In this document: positions 52,068-64,000 of the stretch, piece after piece
Layout of the letters: each line of letters starts with the position of its first letter
Numbering within the stretch: position 1 is the first letter of the stretch
Origin: Octopus vulgaris
Lineage: Eukaryota
Reading direction: 5' to 3'
Length of the DNA stretch: 64,000 nucleotides
Assembly (NCBI GenBank): GCA_951406725.2
Contig: OX597838.1
Location: 40,858,001-40,922,000, forward strand
Translations under genes and position numbers: made by a program
Notes under the pieces: model-generated
Database searches by the model: none
What the model was told of the DNA's origin: nothing
The model's input: only the letters and a program-made list of their open reading frames with translations

Positions 52068-54080
52068 ATCAAAGATCATAAACCGAACTTCGTCGCAAAC
52101 CCTAAATGCTGCCAGATTACTTCGGCCAAGTCCGAGATCGAACTGGCGAGCAAGCATATATTGAGAAAAATCAATAATGACATCAGGAGAGCCACCAACC
52201 TTTCTCTATGGCGTAGCACCAACGTGGTGGGTGCATGATTTAACACCAACAAGGGGAGAGGCAGAGAAAGGTTCACCCAGTTTGACATAGTCGATTTTTA
52301 CCCGTCTTTCCTTCGCTAGGGGGCTTCACTGGCGTTAGCGACAGGAACATAGACGTCATTATGCACGCCAGGAGAACAGTGCTGTTCAATAAAGGTTCGA
52401 TCTGGGTCAAGCACCCCGACTCCGCGGCCTCCTGTGACGTAGCAATGGGGGCTACGACAGCGCTGAAGTATTCGACCTCATCGGGTTGTATATCCTTGAT
52501 ACCTTAAGAAAAAGTACCCCTCTGTCCTCTTTGGGCTCCTACAGAGATGACGCCCTGGCCATCTCTAGAGGAGCAAACGGCCACACACTAGACAGGCTTA
52601 GGAAAAATCTAATTAGCGCACTTGCATCCATGAGACTCAAAATCACCATCGAGACAAATCTCACCACGGCAGACTTCTTAAACGTCACGCTCGACTTGGG
52701 CTCCGATACATACAGGCCCTACCGCAAGCCAACTGAGAAGCCAACGTACATCAAAACAGCCCCTGTCACCCACCCATCGCGTTCAAAAATCTGATAAAGG
52801 ATGCTAGTGAGAGGATCACGAGCCTTTCTAGCAATATAGGTGCTATCTTGCACCCTCAGTCACAACTGGTGACAATTTAATCTTTTCATTCTGGTTTTAT
52901 ATTGTGTATAGTCACCTTGACTATAACGAGGCCCTAGCTGCTAGAGGATTTGGGGACCGCATCTCCTAAATGCCTGGCCCCAACATCCGTAGAAGGAAGC
53001 ATCACAGAAATATCATTTGGTTTCTCTACACACCTTTCTCTCTTAACGTAAAAACGTCTGCAGGTAGGATGTTCCTTAAATTAATAGGTGAATATTTCAC
53101 ACGTTCACATAAGAACGCATTTTCAACAGGCACAACCTTAGGATCGCTTTTAGCTGTGCCCCCAATATTAAGAGAATTCTAGACCACGAGCGGGGGAAGG
53201 ACGTTCAAGCAGGGACCGCAACAGATGCCCGCTAAGGGGCCTCTGCGAAACCAAGAGAGTCGTCTATGAAGCCGAGGTAGCGGCCGACCCTAACAGCAGC
53301 AGCAGCAACAGCAACATCAGCAGCTCCCCGAACGGCGACCACAGTTGCAGGGACCCCAGTACCAATAGCAGCAGCAACGCGAACCGAACCAACAGCACCA
53401 TCGCCAGCGACAACAATAACAACATCAACGACAGCAAAATCAATATTCCTAACGATAACAGCAGCAACAGCTCTCCCTGTCGGCTACGGCTTCAGCAGCA
53501 GGCTCGAGATTTCCAATTGCAACGGCGGCAGCACCATCGCCAGCGGTGACAACGATAACAGCGACAACAGCAGAGATATCGCCAATGGCATCAGCAACAA
53601 CAATGATCCCACCTCCATAAATGGCGATGGCCGTAATCACAACAACGGCGCCTTTACCAAACACCAGCAGCGCCAGTTCCAGCAACACGAACAGACACTT
53701 CACCGCTAACACCCGCCGACGGAGATACATCGGCTGTTCCGGAAACTCTTTCAGACAACGCTTCTCCAGCTTCAGGAAACCGGAAAGGAGATTCGTCACG
53801 TCATTATCCAGTCATGTATGGCAGCTGATAGACGACGGGATCCCATACACAATAGATATGATGGAGAATTCGAGAAAATCCAGGCCCCTATATTAACGAG
53901 ATCAATCGTTAATAAAGGACTCCCTCGACTCAGGGAACATTCTGAACACCAGAACGGAGGTCTTTGGACCGTGCTTACATTTCAGGAAATACCTGCTAGC
54001 CTATTGGAGCCCACGGAGATAACAGGGTCATCGGCGATCGACAGCAAAAGGGAGACAATTCCCTTTGTTGACATTGAGTA
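52068..54080 (+). mobile_element. Decayed Penelope-like element (Naiad-like): RT and GIY-YIG
   Basis: IKDHKPNF..NPKC, FTQFDIVDFYPS, GSYRDDALAI, DFLNVTLDL, YRPYRKP, RNIIWF, RCPLRGLC..VVYEAEV, RYIGCSGNSFRQRF, TSLSSHVWQL. Confidence 0.9.
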
Positions 54081-54232
54081 ACGGGGTCTTTTCCTCCTCC
54101 ATACTCTAGAGAATCCACTCGTGAGAGTAGCCTTTAGCCAACAGGTTTGGGGATCTAATGAGACACCATAAAGCTAAGCCCTTTGTGGACGGTAAAGCTA
54201 AGGTAATCCCATAAACCGGCCTTATCTAACAT

Positions 54233-54292
<60 letters not shown>

Positions 54293-54431
54293 TAGATAGA
54301 TAGATATTAAAGGGCATTGTAGCTCTATTTCTAGCAATATAGGTGCTATCTTGCACCCTCAGTCACAACTGGTGACAATTTAATCTTTTCATTCTGGTTT
54401 TATATTGTGTATAGTCACCTTCATTATTTTA

Positions 54432-54770
54432 TATACATACATACATACATACATACACACAACCATACATACATACATACATACAACCATACATACAACC
54501 ATACATACATACACACATACATACATACATACATACATACATACATACATACATACATACATACATACAACCATACATACATACATACATACATACACAC
54601 ATACATACATACATACATACATACATACATACATACATACAACCATACATACATACATACATACATACATACCTACATACATACATACATACAACCATAC
54701 ATACATACATACACACATACATACATACATACATACATACATACATACATACAACCATACATACATACAT
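54432..54770. repeat. (CATA)n microsatellite with CAAC interruptions
   Basis: Direct inspection. Confidence 0.95.
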
Positions 54771-54884
54771 ATGTTTGTATTTGTAATCGTATAACATTTT
54801 CTCCATTTTATCTTTTCTTTGTCAGTTTTGCCGCACATATTCGCTTGCTTTCTTCCAAAAATTGAATGCCCTTAGCTTAGATTC

Positions 54885-54970
54885 TTGGAACCTACCAATT
54901 TTGAATAGTCTCAAGTGTAACAGGCCGAAACTGTAATGATGACTGGAAGCTTGACTGACGGAAGAAAGCC
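54885..54970 (+). ncRNA. Decayed non-circularly permuted hammerhead in a ~300-bp element (54770-55070)
   Basis: AUAG UC^ UCAAGU..AGGCC GAAA CUGU aaugauga..GCUUGA CUGACGG; A9G change and weakened stem II. Confidence 0.6.
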
Positions 54971-55590
54971 ACGAATGTTCCGTCCTAGTTTTTCCTGTCC
55001 GTCTTTGTATCGTCTATCTGTCGGTATGATTTTTGCTGTCGTCCGTTACGTTCTCCTTCCGTCTTTTATAAATATACATATATACATACACATACGTACA
55101 TGTGTATGTGTGCGAGGTTTTGTGTGTGTATGTATATGTTATTTGTTGTGGGTATGCTTAAATCTACGACAGCTACTTGTGAATTTAAAGCTATACGTGG
55201 AATATCATTATCCTGTCTACTTCTCATAAAATTCTGTGGTTGCTGCTCAACCAAATAATGCTCGTTAGCATAACTCTTACTGGTTATGATATACAGGACA
55301 AATATAGGAGAAAATAGGATAAATACAGCATGTAGCTTATACGAGTTATTCCCAACATTATTTGCATCTTCTGCATTGGGTATTCATATTGTGTTTGGAC
55401 CAGATCCACAATGGTTTATTACATTATGTTAAGCATTCGTTCTGAGTGAGCACAATTTAATAAAGCACCTCCACAACGAACCGCTATGGATCTTCATTTA
55501 AATGCACGACTAATATCCGTTGCAGAAGATGCAAACGGCCACAATGGCGAAACGTGCTTAGGGGACAAATGGTATAAACTTCACGTTATC

Positions 55591-55624
<34 letters not shown>

Positions 55625-55627
<3 letters not shown>

Positions 55628-55790
55628 CGGGAAGCTTTATGAAAATAAACAAAAGACGAAGGCAGGTGGAGTACAAACAAACAATTGTATTAGTATGGCG
55701 CACAGGAATATAAATAAAACAAGTCTTTTACGTTTCGAGCCTACGCTCTTCAACAGAAAGATACACAGAAAAGAAACACGGAGAGAAACA
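55625..55790 (-). mobile_element. Short hammerhead-bearing repeat; motif 55724-55761
   Basis: Minus strand UCUUU CUGUUGA A GAGC-GUAG-GCUC GAAA CG UA^ AAAGA; (TA)n on both sides. Confidence 0.72.
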
Positions 55791-55804
55791 TATATATATA
55801 CATA

Positions 55805-56811
55805 CAAGGATGAGTAAAAGGTTTATGCCTATTTCAGACTTTAATTAAGAGGTCAAACAAATTGCATACGAAGAGAGTTCATTCATCTTCTGTCTATTGC
55901 CAGCATTCTACCAGACAATTCCACGCTTATTGTATTTGGCTGGTTTAGAGGGATAAAATTCCTTGTACCCGTTTTCATCCTTATCTATTATTATACTTTA
56001 GTCCGTGCAGGAAATGAGTCATGGCTTAGAAAAGAGGGTAACCTGACGAAGAAACTTCTGGACTGTAGACGAGGTGAGGCTGCACATTCCCTGGTAATAT
56101 TGGCAGTATGTGCAGGGATATTGTCATGCTGTAAGAGTGCGCGTCTTCGACTGGCCAATGCCGGGTAGCGGGCTTTCAAAATATCATAAACTTGCTGCAG
56201 TTGTTAAGAATAAAGGTTAACTTTCAAAGCATGATCATCTGGGACAAGTTCAAAGTGCCCAATCCCTCGATTTTCCACAAATCACACAACATCCCCTTCT
56301 GCTCTAACTGCCCTTGTTTGACAAGCGGTTGCGAAACCGCCCGGAATGAAGCCGCTGGTTTCTCTCTTTAAGGTTACGAAATAGGTCTGTTTTTCATTGC
56401 TAGTCACAATTCGTGCTTGGCTGTGTTGTTCAACCATTTCAAACTAGGCCTCATCCTCTGCAACACATCTCCTTGTCCTCGGTTTGTCTTCGAGTCGAGC
56501 ATCAACTTCCTTAAAATGTCTGAACCAATTCTCTGCCACTCTTTCGTTGACTGCTCCTGAGATTTCTACATCATTAATTTCTTTAACAGTTGCCCTAAGT
56601 CCTATTTTTTTTTTAAATGTAGCGTAAGGTGGCAATTTTTTCACCACTAATCGCCCCTAATTGTAAAACAAAGAATAAACACCTAATGTTTATGTTATGG
56701 ATGAAAATAAATAATGAACAATTCGGCAACGATTGGACAAGTTTGTATCAAGGTACAAGTCACCAAAAATCCCCGGTGAACATCCAGGAAAGCTTTTGAC
56801 TCAAACTGGTG
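55805..56811 (-). mobile_element. Mariner transposon relic
   Basis: AVNERVAENWFRHFKE..LEDKPRT (HTH), LLQHDNIPAHTA, YSP remnant; weak TIR similarity (TACA..TGAGT.AAAAG) at both ends. Confidence 0.8.
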
Positions 56812-58068
56812 TATATACATCTGTTCACTGTCTCACTCTTGCGTACATACAAACACACACAACCGCACGCGCAACTACACATATTCACACAAACACGCGT
56901 ATACTGACATACATAGACTTGTGCGCGCGTGCATAAGGGCCAAGTTGGACTTTCATCCCTCTAGAGTCGAAAAATAAAGTACTAATGAAGTACTGGGGTC
57001 GACTAACGCCCTCCCTTCAGAACATTGCTGACAAAGAAATATTTATTAAAAGAACCGATGCTATCTTGTTAATACGCTTGGGAATGGCATTCACGTCACA
57101 ACATCCAATATCCAGTCACCTATGTACATTAATGCAGAGAACGGTTGTTTAAGTTGTTCGCCTGGCAACTCCATGATTGACCTTTTATCAAGGAAGTAAC
57201 ATAGATTCTACACGGACGCCCGACACGCTAGTAATAGCTGTCAAACCACTACTGTCTTTTAAAACAAGGAAATGACACATTGGATGGTGCCGTTCTTGGT
57301 ATACATGCGTGGTGGTCACCATTGACACGGTTTTTACACGTCTTACCACATTTATGCTCATTCAGGGCTGACTTAAGACCAAACAACAACATTACAACGT
57401 GTCATACAGTAAACAACCAATCATGATCAAGTATTTATCAAACTCATTTCACTCTGCCTGTTGTGATTATTCCAACTCTCTATGCTCCGAGTTCAAATCC
57501 TGCCAGGGACAACTTTGCCTTTCATACTTCTGAGATAAATATAGTATCAATCCAATTCTGAGATCCCTCCTTCTCTCCCTCACACACACATACACACACA
57601 CATAGATACACACAGAGAATCGGCCACACCACATTGTGAGAGAGGTCGTGCTTGACCACCGAAAGCGTCACTTTTTCCATAGATGCGGAAAGGTTGTGCG
57701 AGGAGCTAGAAGTGGGAACTTATCATTTTTTTTTGTTTTTTGTTTTAAAATGGCGATATGCTTCCAAAAGCGTTTTAGATTTTCCTGTTTTTTTATGACA
57801 CAAGACCGTGAAACGAAACACGGAAATAAACAAGACTTCATCCATGCTTCATAAATTCATAAATGCTTTCTGTAATTTCGTTCCAACTCTTCCAAATTTG
57901 ACTTTTATTACTCTTCCACACAAGCAAATCGTAACAAAAGACATTTGCGAGTGAAAATTTCAAAACAAATAAAAAATAAACATAAATCAAAATGGCGTTT
58001 CACGTTGTTGTTGGCTTTAAAAAAGAACTGACCACGTGACTTAACTGCTGACTGTTTTATTGATGTAA

Positions 58069-58653
58069 TTAAAGTAAAGAGTAGTAACTGATGCAATGAG
58101 TGAGGTATGCATGGCGGCGGTGGTGGTGGTGGTGGTGGTGGTGGTGGTGGTGGTGGCGGCGGTGGTGGTGGTGGTGGTGGTGGTGGTGGTGGTGGTGGTG
58201 GTGGTGGTGGTGGCGGCGGTGGTGGTGGTGGCGGCGGTGGTGGTGGTGGTGGTGGTGGTGGTGGTGGTGGTGGTGGTGTGGGTGGTGGTGATCGTCGTCG
58301 TCGTCGTGATTGCCGGCGTAAATTGTGTGAAAGACGATATGGATTTGACACCTGTGTAGGAAGGGATTGGTGGAGAGATTCTGGGGGTGGGAGATTCCGG
58401 AAATGCTGTTGGTGGTGTTAGTGGTGGAGGTGGGAAGCGGAGAGAGGAGATCGATGGACTGTTTAATGGGATGGTGCAGATGGTTTTGAGGGCGAATGAG
58501 AACGGCCGTGATGGTAGTGAGGGATGGCCACCACAGTGCCACTGTAGTTAATATGGCGGTTAATATCAATAACAATACATAGAAATAGCGACTGTTGTAG
58601 AGGGAGGGCGTAAAGCTGCGATCATATTTGCGAAGGGGAGTAATCATTGTAAC

Positions 58654-58725
<72 letters not shown>

Positions 58726-58743
58726 CGTTGTAGTAGTAGTAGC

Positions 58744-58785
<42 letters not shown>

Positions 58786-58803
58786 CGTTGTAGTAGTAGT
58801 AGC

Positions 58804-58839
<36 letters not shown>

Positions 58840-58875
58840 CGTTGTTGTAGTAGTAGTAGTAGTAGTAGTAGCCAT
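58069..58875 (-). CDS. Possible host coding exon or ORF: poly-Thr, hydrophobic anchor, poly-His; function unknown
   Basis: About 120 non-repetitive codons stay open between two triplet repeats; YFYVLLLILTAILTTVALWW is TM-like; TTTATAG acceptor-like site 7 nt before the ATG; AATAAA after the stop. No recognised homology. Confidence 0.3.
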
Positions 58876-59089
58876 TCTTCAGCTATAAACACACGCGCAT
58901 ATATGTATGTATGTGTTTGTTTGTATATATGCATGTATGTACGTATTGATCTTCCTTGCATTAACAGTTGGGCCTCTGTTCAGTGATTTAGAAAATTCAA
59001 CGCCGCTCTTATTCAATTGGCACCTGACCGTTTCCTTTATGTGCATTGTGAGTGTATGTGAGTGTGTCTGTGTGAGTGTGAGAGAGAGA

Positions 59090-59164
<75 letters not shown>

Positions 59165-59560
59165 TGTGTGTGTGTGAGTGTTTATGCATATATGTGTTTA
59201 TATATATATATATAATAGTAATATTAGGGAGTATAACTCCAAACTTAAAGGGAAAAATTCAATTTAGTATTAAATCAAATTTCACAGTGTAAATATATAA
59301 AATATGAATTAGAGATAAAACCACTATTATGCAACTCAAACAATGACAGACACAAACCAATACATAAATAACAAATTATATATATAATTAATATAATTTA
59401 TAATATATATATAGAGATATAAATTTTTATATTTATTTATTTATATTTTTCCCCCAAAATGTATAAAATGAATGATAAATATAATGTAAGTACTTATTAC
59501 ATTATATTTGTCATTCATTTTATACTTTTTGGAAAAAAATATATATAAATAAATAAATAA

Positions 59561-59621
<61 letters not shown>

Positions 59622-59699
59622 TATAGATATATATATATAAATATATATATATAGTGTATATATTCTGCACTTTTTGCCGGTATAGTGTATATATATATA

Positions 59700-60375
59700 C
59701 AAAAAGTGCAGAATCCCCCAAAACAGAAAAACCATTATCAGAAAAATAAAAAGAACAAACAAAAAAATTAACAAACTAAAGTACTGCCAACAGCAACACA
59801 CACATTCGACGGCTATCGCACTGCTTGAATCCCAAAAATATAACCTCCAACAATGCATGAAAACCCTCATCAATAACCAAAGATCAGCTGAGGAGAAGTG
59901 GGCCATTGAAAAAATCAAACTCAACCCCAAAGTGTTCTTTTCATTTGCGAGGAAACGCAGGGTCACTGTCTCCATTGTTGGCCCTCTATTTGATGAAACT
60001 GGCACTCTCCAAGATAACGCCAAATCCATGGCCGAGATACTGCAGAAACAATACTGCTCTGTTTTCAGCAATCCTGATATGGCCGATCTGGGCTGTATCA
60101 GTGATGTCAACCCCCAACACACTATATCGGACATAACGTTTAGTGCCCCTGATGTCTTAGCGGCGATAAACGAAATAAAACACAATTCAGCAGTAGGCCC
60201 CGATAGGTTCCCTGCTTGTGTCCTGAAGGTGTGTCGACACCAACTTGCATCTCCCCTTGCTAATCTGTGGAGAAACTCACTGGATGCTGGCTATATTCCA
60301 AAAAACCTTCTGTCCCAGTCTGTTGTCCCAGTTTTCAAAAAGGGAAACAAGTCCCTTGCAGTGAACTACCGACTA
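59700..60375 (+). mobile_element. CR1-group LINE ORF2 fragment (linker and start of RT)
   Basis: KIKLNPKVFFSFARK, QYCSVFS, AVGPDRFPACVLK, PLANLWRNSL..G.IP, VVPVFKKGNKSLAVNYR; cut by a SINE A head at about 60378-60465. Confidence 0.88.
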
Positions 60376-60529
60376 TAATAGAAGGCCATTGCCCAAGATG
60401 TCACGCAGCGGCACTGAACCCGGAACCATGTGGTTGGGAAGCAAGCTTCTTACCACTCCTACGCCTATATATATATATATATGGATTCTCTTGTCGTGAG
60501 CGACAAACGAGTGTTTGGTAAAATAAAAT

Positions 60530-61450
60530 GCTAATTATGTTCTCTGGACACGAGTCTGCCTTGAGACCTGTTTGTGCCTTTTGGCAAATGGAACAAATTG
60601 AGGATTCAGTTTGCTAAAGTGTTTGTGAATCATTTTCTTGAGAGAACGGCAAGGCCTGCTTTGCTTCGTGCCACCAAACCACAAGGACAGGTCTCCATCT
60701 AGATGAGCAGCATTTTGCCAGCCTGCCTTCATGTTTGCACGAAGTTGGATTTGATGCTGGTGTCGACTTTGCTCAAATCTTTGAACTGAGGAGAAACTGG
60801 ACTGCGCTCTGGTGCTTCGTCTTCTCAGGAAGAAAAGGGAATTTTTCATCGCTTCAGATTGTCTCTAGTGTGTCTTTGCAGCGCATGAGTGGCCTTCCAA
60901 GTGACCTTCCCTTTGGGAATTGGCCAAAGAGAAGTTGCTTCTGAATTCTGATATCACTAATACATGAGAGATGATGCGACCATCTAAGCTTTATTCTGAT
61001 GAGGATGGCTTCAACACCGAAGACGTTGCATTTTGTTAGCACGTCGCTGTTATGAATATGGTCACTCGGTTTTTATGTCGGAAATAGTGCTTGTTGATGT
61101 GCTCTCGATACAGAGTCCAAGATTCAGCTTCATCAAACAATGTTTTCAAGACCACCGACTTATATGCATCGACTTTCACCTTCCACGATACGACGCGGCT
61201 GTTCCAGTGCCTGTGATAAAGCTTGCCAAAAGTGGATCTAACCTTCTCGATTCTGGACTCAATTTCTTTATCCATCTTAGCATCATTGGACACAATGGAA
61301 CCAAGTGGCGGAAACAGTTTTTAATACTTTCCCGTCAATATATACAGTAAGGACAACAGCGGGGAGATGGTCACGACTGGGCTGATGGACAAACTCAGTT
61401 TTCTTCATGCTGATGGTCAGACCAAAAGCCTTCGATGCACGCGAGAAGCT
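60530..61450 (-). mobile_element. RTE-clade LINE 3' fragment
   Basis: FGLTISMKKTE, LGSIVSNDAKMDKEIESRIEKVRSTFGKL, AESWTLYR, LRWSHHL..ISDIRIQKQLLFGQF..GRSLGRPLMRCKDTL. Confidence 0.85.
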
Positions 61451-61679
61451 GTATAGAATCTATTGCATGTCCTCAAGAGTGTGTACTGAGAGTACACAAT
61501 CGTCCACCAATTCTGTAGTCCTTCGTTAAGGATTAAAGTTTGAGTACACGACGTGTGTCCCACTTGCTTTGATGAACGGAACACCCTACCCGTACAATTA
61601 ACGTACAAGGGGTAGAGGACTCAACAGATACGTGTACTTTTAGCATAATTCTCAGGGTGATTCAGCCGGACACGGAATG

Positions 61680-61850
61680 GGACACGACTGGCTCTTTGAA
61701 TTACCTGTTCAGCTCAGTTTAGCCAACTGAGTGGATTGGGGCAACGTGAAAGAAAACGTCTTGCTCAAAGAAACAACGTGACTCCAGGAATCAAACACAC
61801 GACCGAATCGTTGGAGGCTGAGTATTCTACCCACTAAAGCACGTGCCTTC
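61680..61850 (-). mobile_element. Diverged SINE (family C-like)
   Basis: tRNA-like head, TTGAGCAAGAC...CCACTCAGTTGG core. Confidence 0.55.
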
Positions 61851-62039
61851 ACTTCGGATTGCTATACACGAACAGTCGCATTCGACAAAAATAAAGCTGC
61901 ACTTTCCATGCACACACGCACACACATACACTTACACACACACACACAATATACATATACCTACATACAAACGCACACACATCTATCTACTTACCCACAC
62001 ACACAGATATATATATATATATATATATATACATACATA

Positions 62040-62107
<68 letters not shown>

Positions 62108-62532
62108 TAATACAGTATAATATAAGTATGTATAACGAAATATTTATAACGAAACATATGTATGTATGTTATCGTGGCATGAATGCAGATTTTTATATAC
62201 TTAGCAGAAGAAGAAAAAATTATTGCTTTTCAAATTTCCTCGTCAATATTGAATGAGATCGATTTCATTGGAAGCTGTGCAATAATAGAGTTATGTAAGA
62301 ACGTGACAATGGCGGTACTACCTGAGTCCCGTTGTATAAACCTATGTCGAGGTTTGAAAGTGGTCGGCTTCGATGAATATTGGGTTTGTGGAGGGGGGAG
62401 GGGTTTATCGAAGCGTTCGATATTGAAGTCTTTTGAAAAATACAATCAGATACGGTACCATTGTTAGTATATGTGTGTGTATGCGTTTGTGTACATATAT
62501 GCATGTAAATAAATCTATGTATGTGTGTACAT

Positions 62533-62594
<62 letters not shown>

Positions 62595-63457
62595 AATAAC
62601 TAGCTAGCTACACGGATAGGTAGTATTAGTAGTAGCAGCAGTATGCAGGTATATTATATTCTCGGTAAGTCAACGAACAAAGTGAGACAAAATTCAATAC
62701 AATTAATATATATATATGAATCATACCCATGCGTGTAAATATTCATATATACATATGAATATATATATGCATATATGTGTATTTAAATATATGTATATAT
62801 GTATACATACATATTCACACATAAACAGACACACAAACACCCACATGTCCACACACACATACAAGCTAGATACGTGTGTATACATATGTGTCTATATGGT
62901 TGGGATATGTCAAATACATGTGTATGTATATGTATATATACATATATATATATAACATACACATATATATAATTTATATATATCGTGTATATACATATAT
63001 ATTATTCATGGGCAATATATATATATATGTCCGTGTGTGTATAAGTGTGAGAGAGTGTGTGTGTGTGCGTGTGTGCGAATAATGTCTTAGAAGACATTTC
63101 TGACAAGAATTCCTCAACAAGCTAAATACGGAGATATCGATGTGGAAAGAGATTAAAGCAGTGACAATAATTTACATTTTCTTATAGAAAAATTCTATAT
63201 TTCCAATTTAAATCCAAAATATAGGACATTAAATTCTAAACTATTGTCGATTTTCGGTTCTTTTCTGTATTGTTATTTTAGTTTATTTCAATGTTTTTTC
63301 TGCGTTCCTGTTCTTTTTTTTTTTGTCTTGGTTTTGGGGGTATTGGGAGGGGGGGCTTCTGTTTCTAAGTTCACAATTTTTGTGATGTTATTAAATGTAC
63401 TTCGTTTCTCGATGGCTTCGATATGCAAACACATACAAACATTTTATATACACACAT

Positions 63458-63527
<70 letters not shown>

Positions 63528-63648
63528 GCATTGGTATCTAGAAGACTAAAAGAGTGACATACCATAGTTAAATTCTTGGTTCGATAGTGATACGAGTGAG
63601 GAGTTTAATGTGGGTCTTGTGTTAGCATGCATGCATATATATATATAT

Positions 63649-63870
63649 TTAAGACAGAAAACATAACAAACCCAAGCCTGTGAGAAGTTTTCAGGACATT
63701 TATAAGGAAAGAGATATAATCTTACAGCTGTTTCTGGGATATCTAACCATCTCACATAGTCTATGGTGAAGGGATATCCATAATATCCCAGAAAGAGCTG
63801 TAAGATTATATCTCTTTCCTTGTAAATATCCTGAAACTCCTCACAGCCTTGGCTTTGTTATCTGTTTTTG

Positions 63871-63875
<5 letters not shown>
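63649..63875. repeat. Imperfect inverted repeat (about 95-bp arms) between TA tracts; MITE-like or foldback
   Basis: AAGGAAAGAGATATAATCTTACAGCT..TTCTGGGATAT versus ATATCCCAGAAA.AGCTGTAAGATTATATCTCTTTCCTT. Confidence 0.8.
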
Positions 63876-63936
<61 letters not shown>

Positions 63937-64000
63937 TTCTTTACTGCCCACAAGGGGCTAAACACAGAGAGGACAAACAAGGACAGACAAAGTGATTAGG

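Noticed and set aside
54155-54195. SECIS element after the Naiad-like ORF (AUGA..AAA..GA)
   Set aside because: Helix II is too short and poorly paired, and no conserved in-frame UGA at Cys positions could be shown in this decayed copy.
1595-63565. Many ORFs reading [20 protein letters not shown], poly-I/L/P/G/V
   Set aside because: They are translations of stop-free microsatellites, not genes.

Overview
AT-rich eukaryotic DNA with no confidently identifiable host gene, densely packed with microsatellites ((TA)n, (TG)n, (TATG)n, (GATA)n, (ATT)n, (GGT)n, (AGT)n) and decayed transposons. The repeat content suggests an octopus or other cephalopod genome (inference). Recognisable elements: HERO-like and R4/Dong-like non-LTR retrotransposons with restriction-like endonuclease (RLE), CR1-group and RTE LINE fragments, four Penelope-like element (PLE) fragments (two with a Naiad-type CxCx5Cx5C or related finger), several tRNA-derived SINE families, two non-autonomous Helitrons, and Tc1 and mariner relics. 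Most long ORFs in the track are microsatellite artefacts. The main signal is RNA structure. The window holds several minimal type I hammerhead ribozymes in PLE-type repeats. It also holds three intact, one decayed and one internally deleted hammerheads whose strands run in a non-circularly permuted order: stem IIa, then IIIb-UH-Ib, then IIb-GAAA-IIIa, then Ia-CUGANGA. The helix sequences differ between copies while pairing is kept. They occur in HERO 3' UTRs and in a separate ~300-bp element inserted in TA repeats. All pairings were worked out by eye; no folding program or database search was run.
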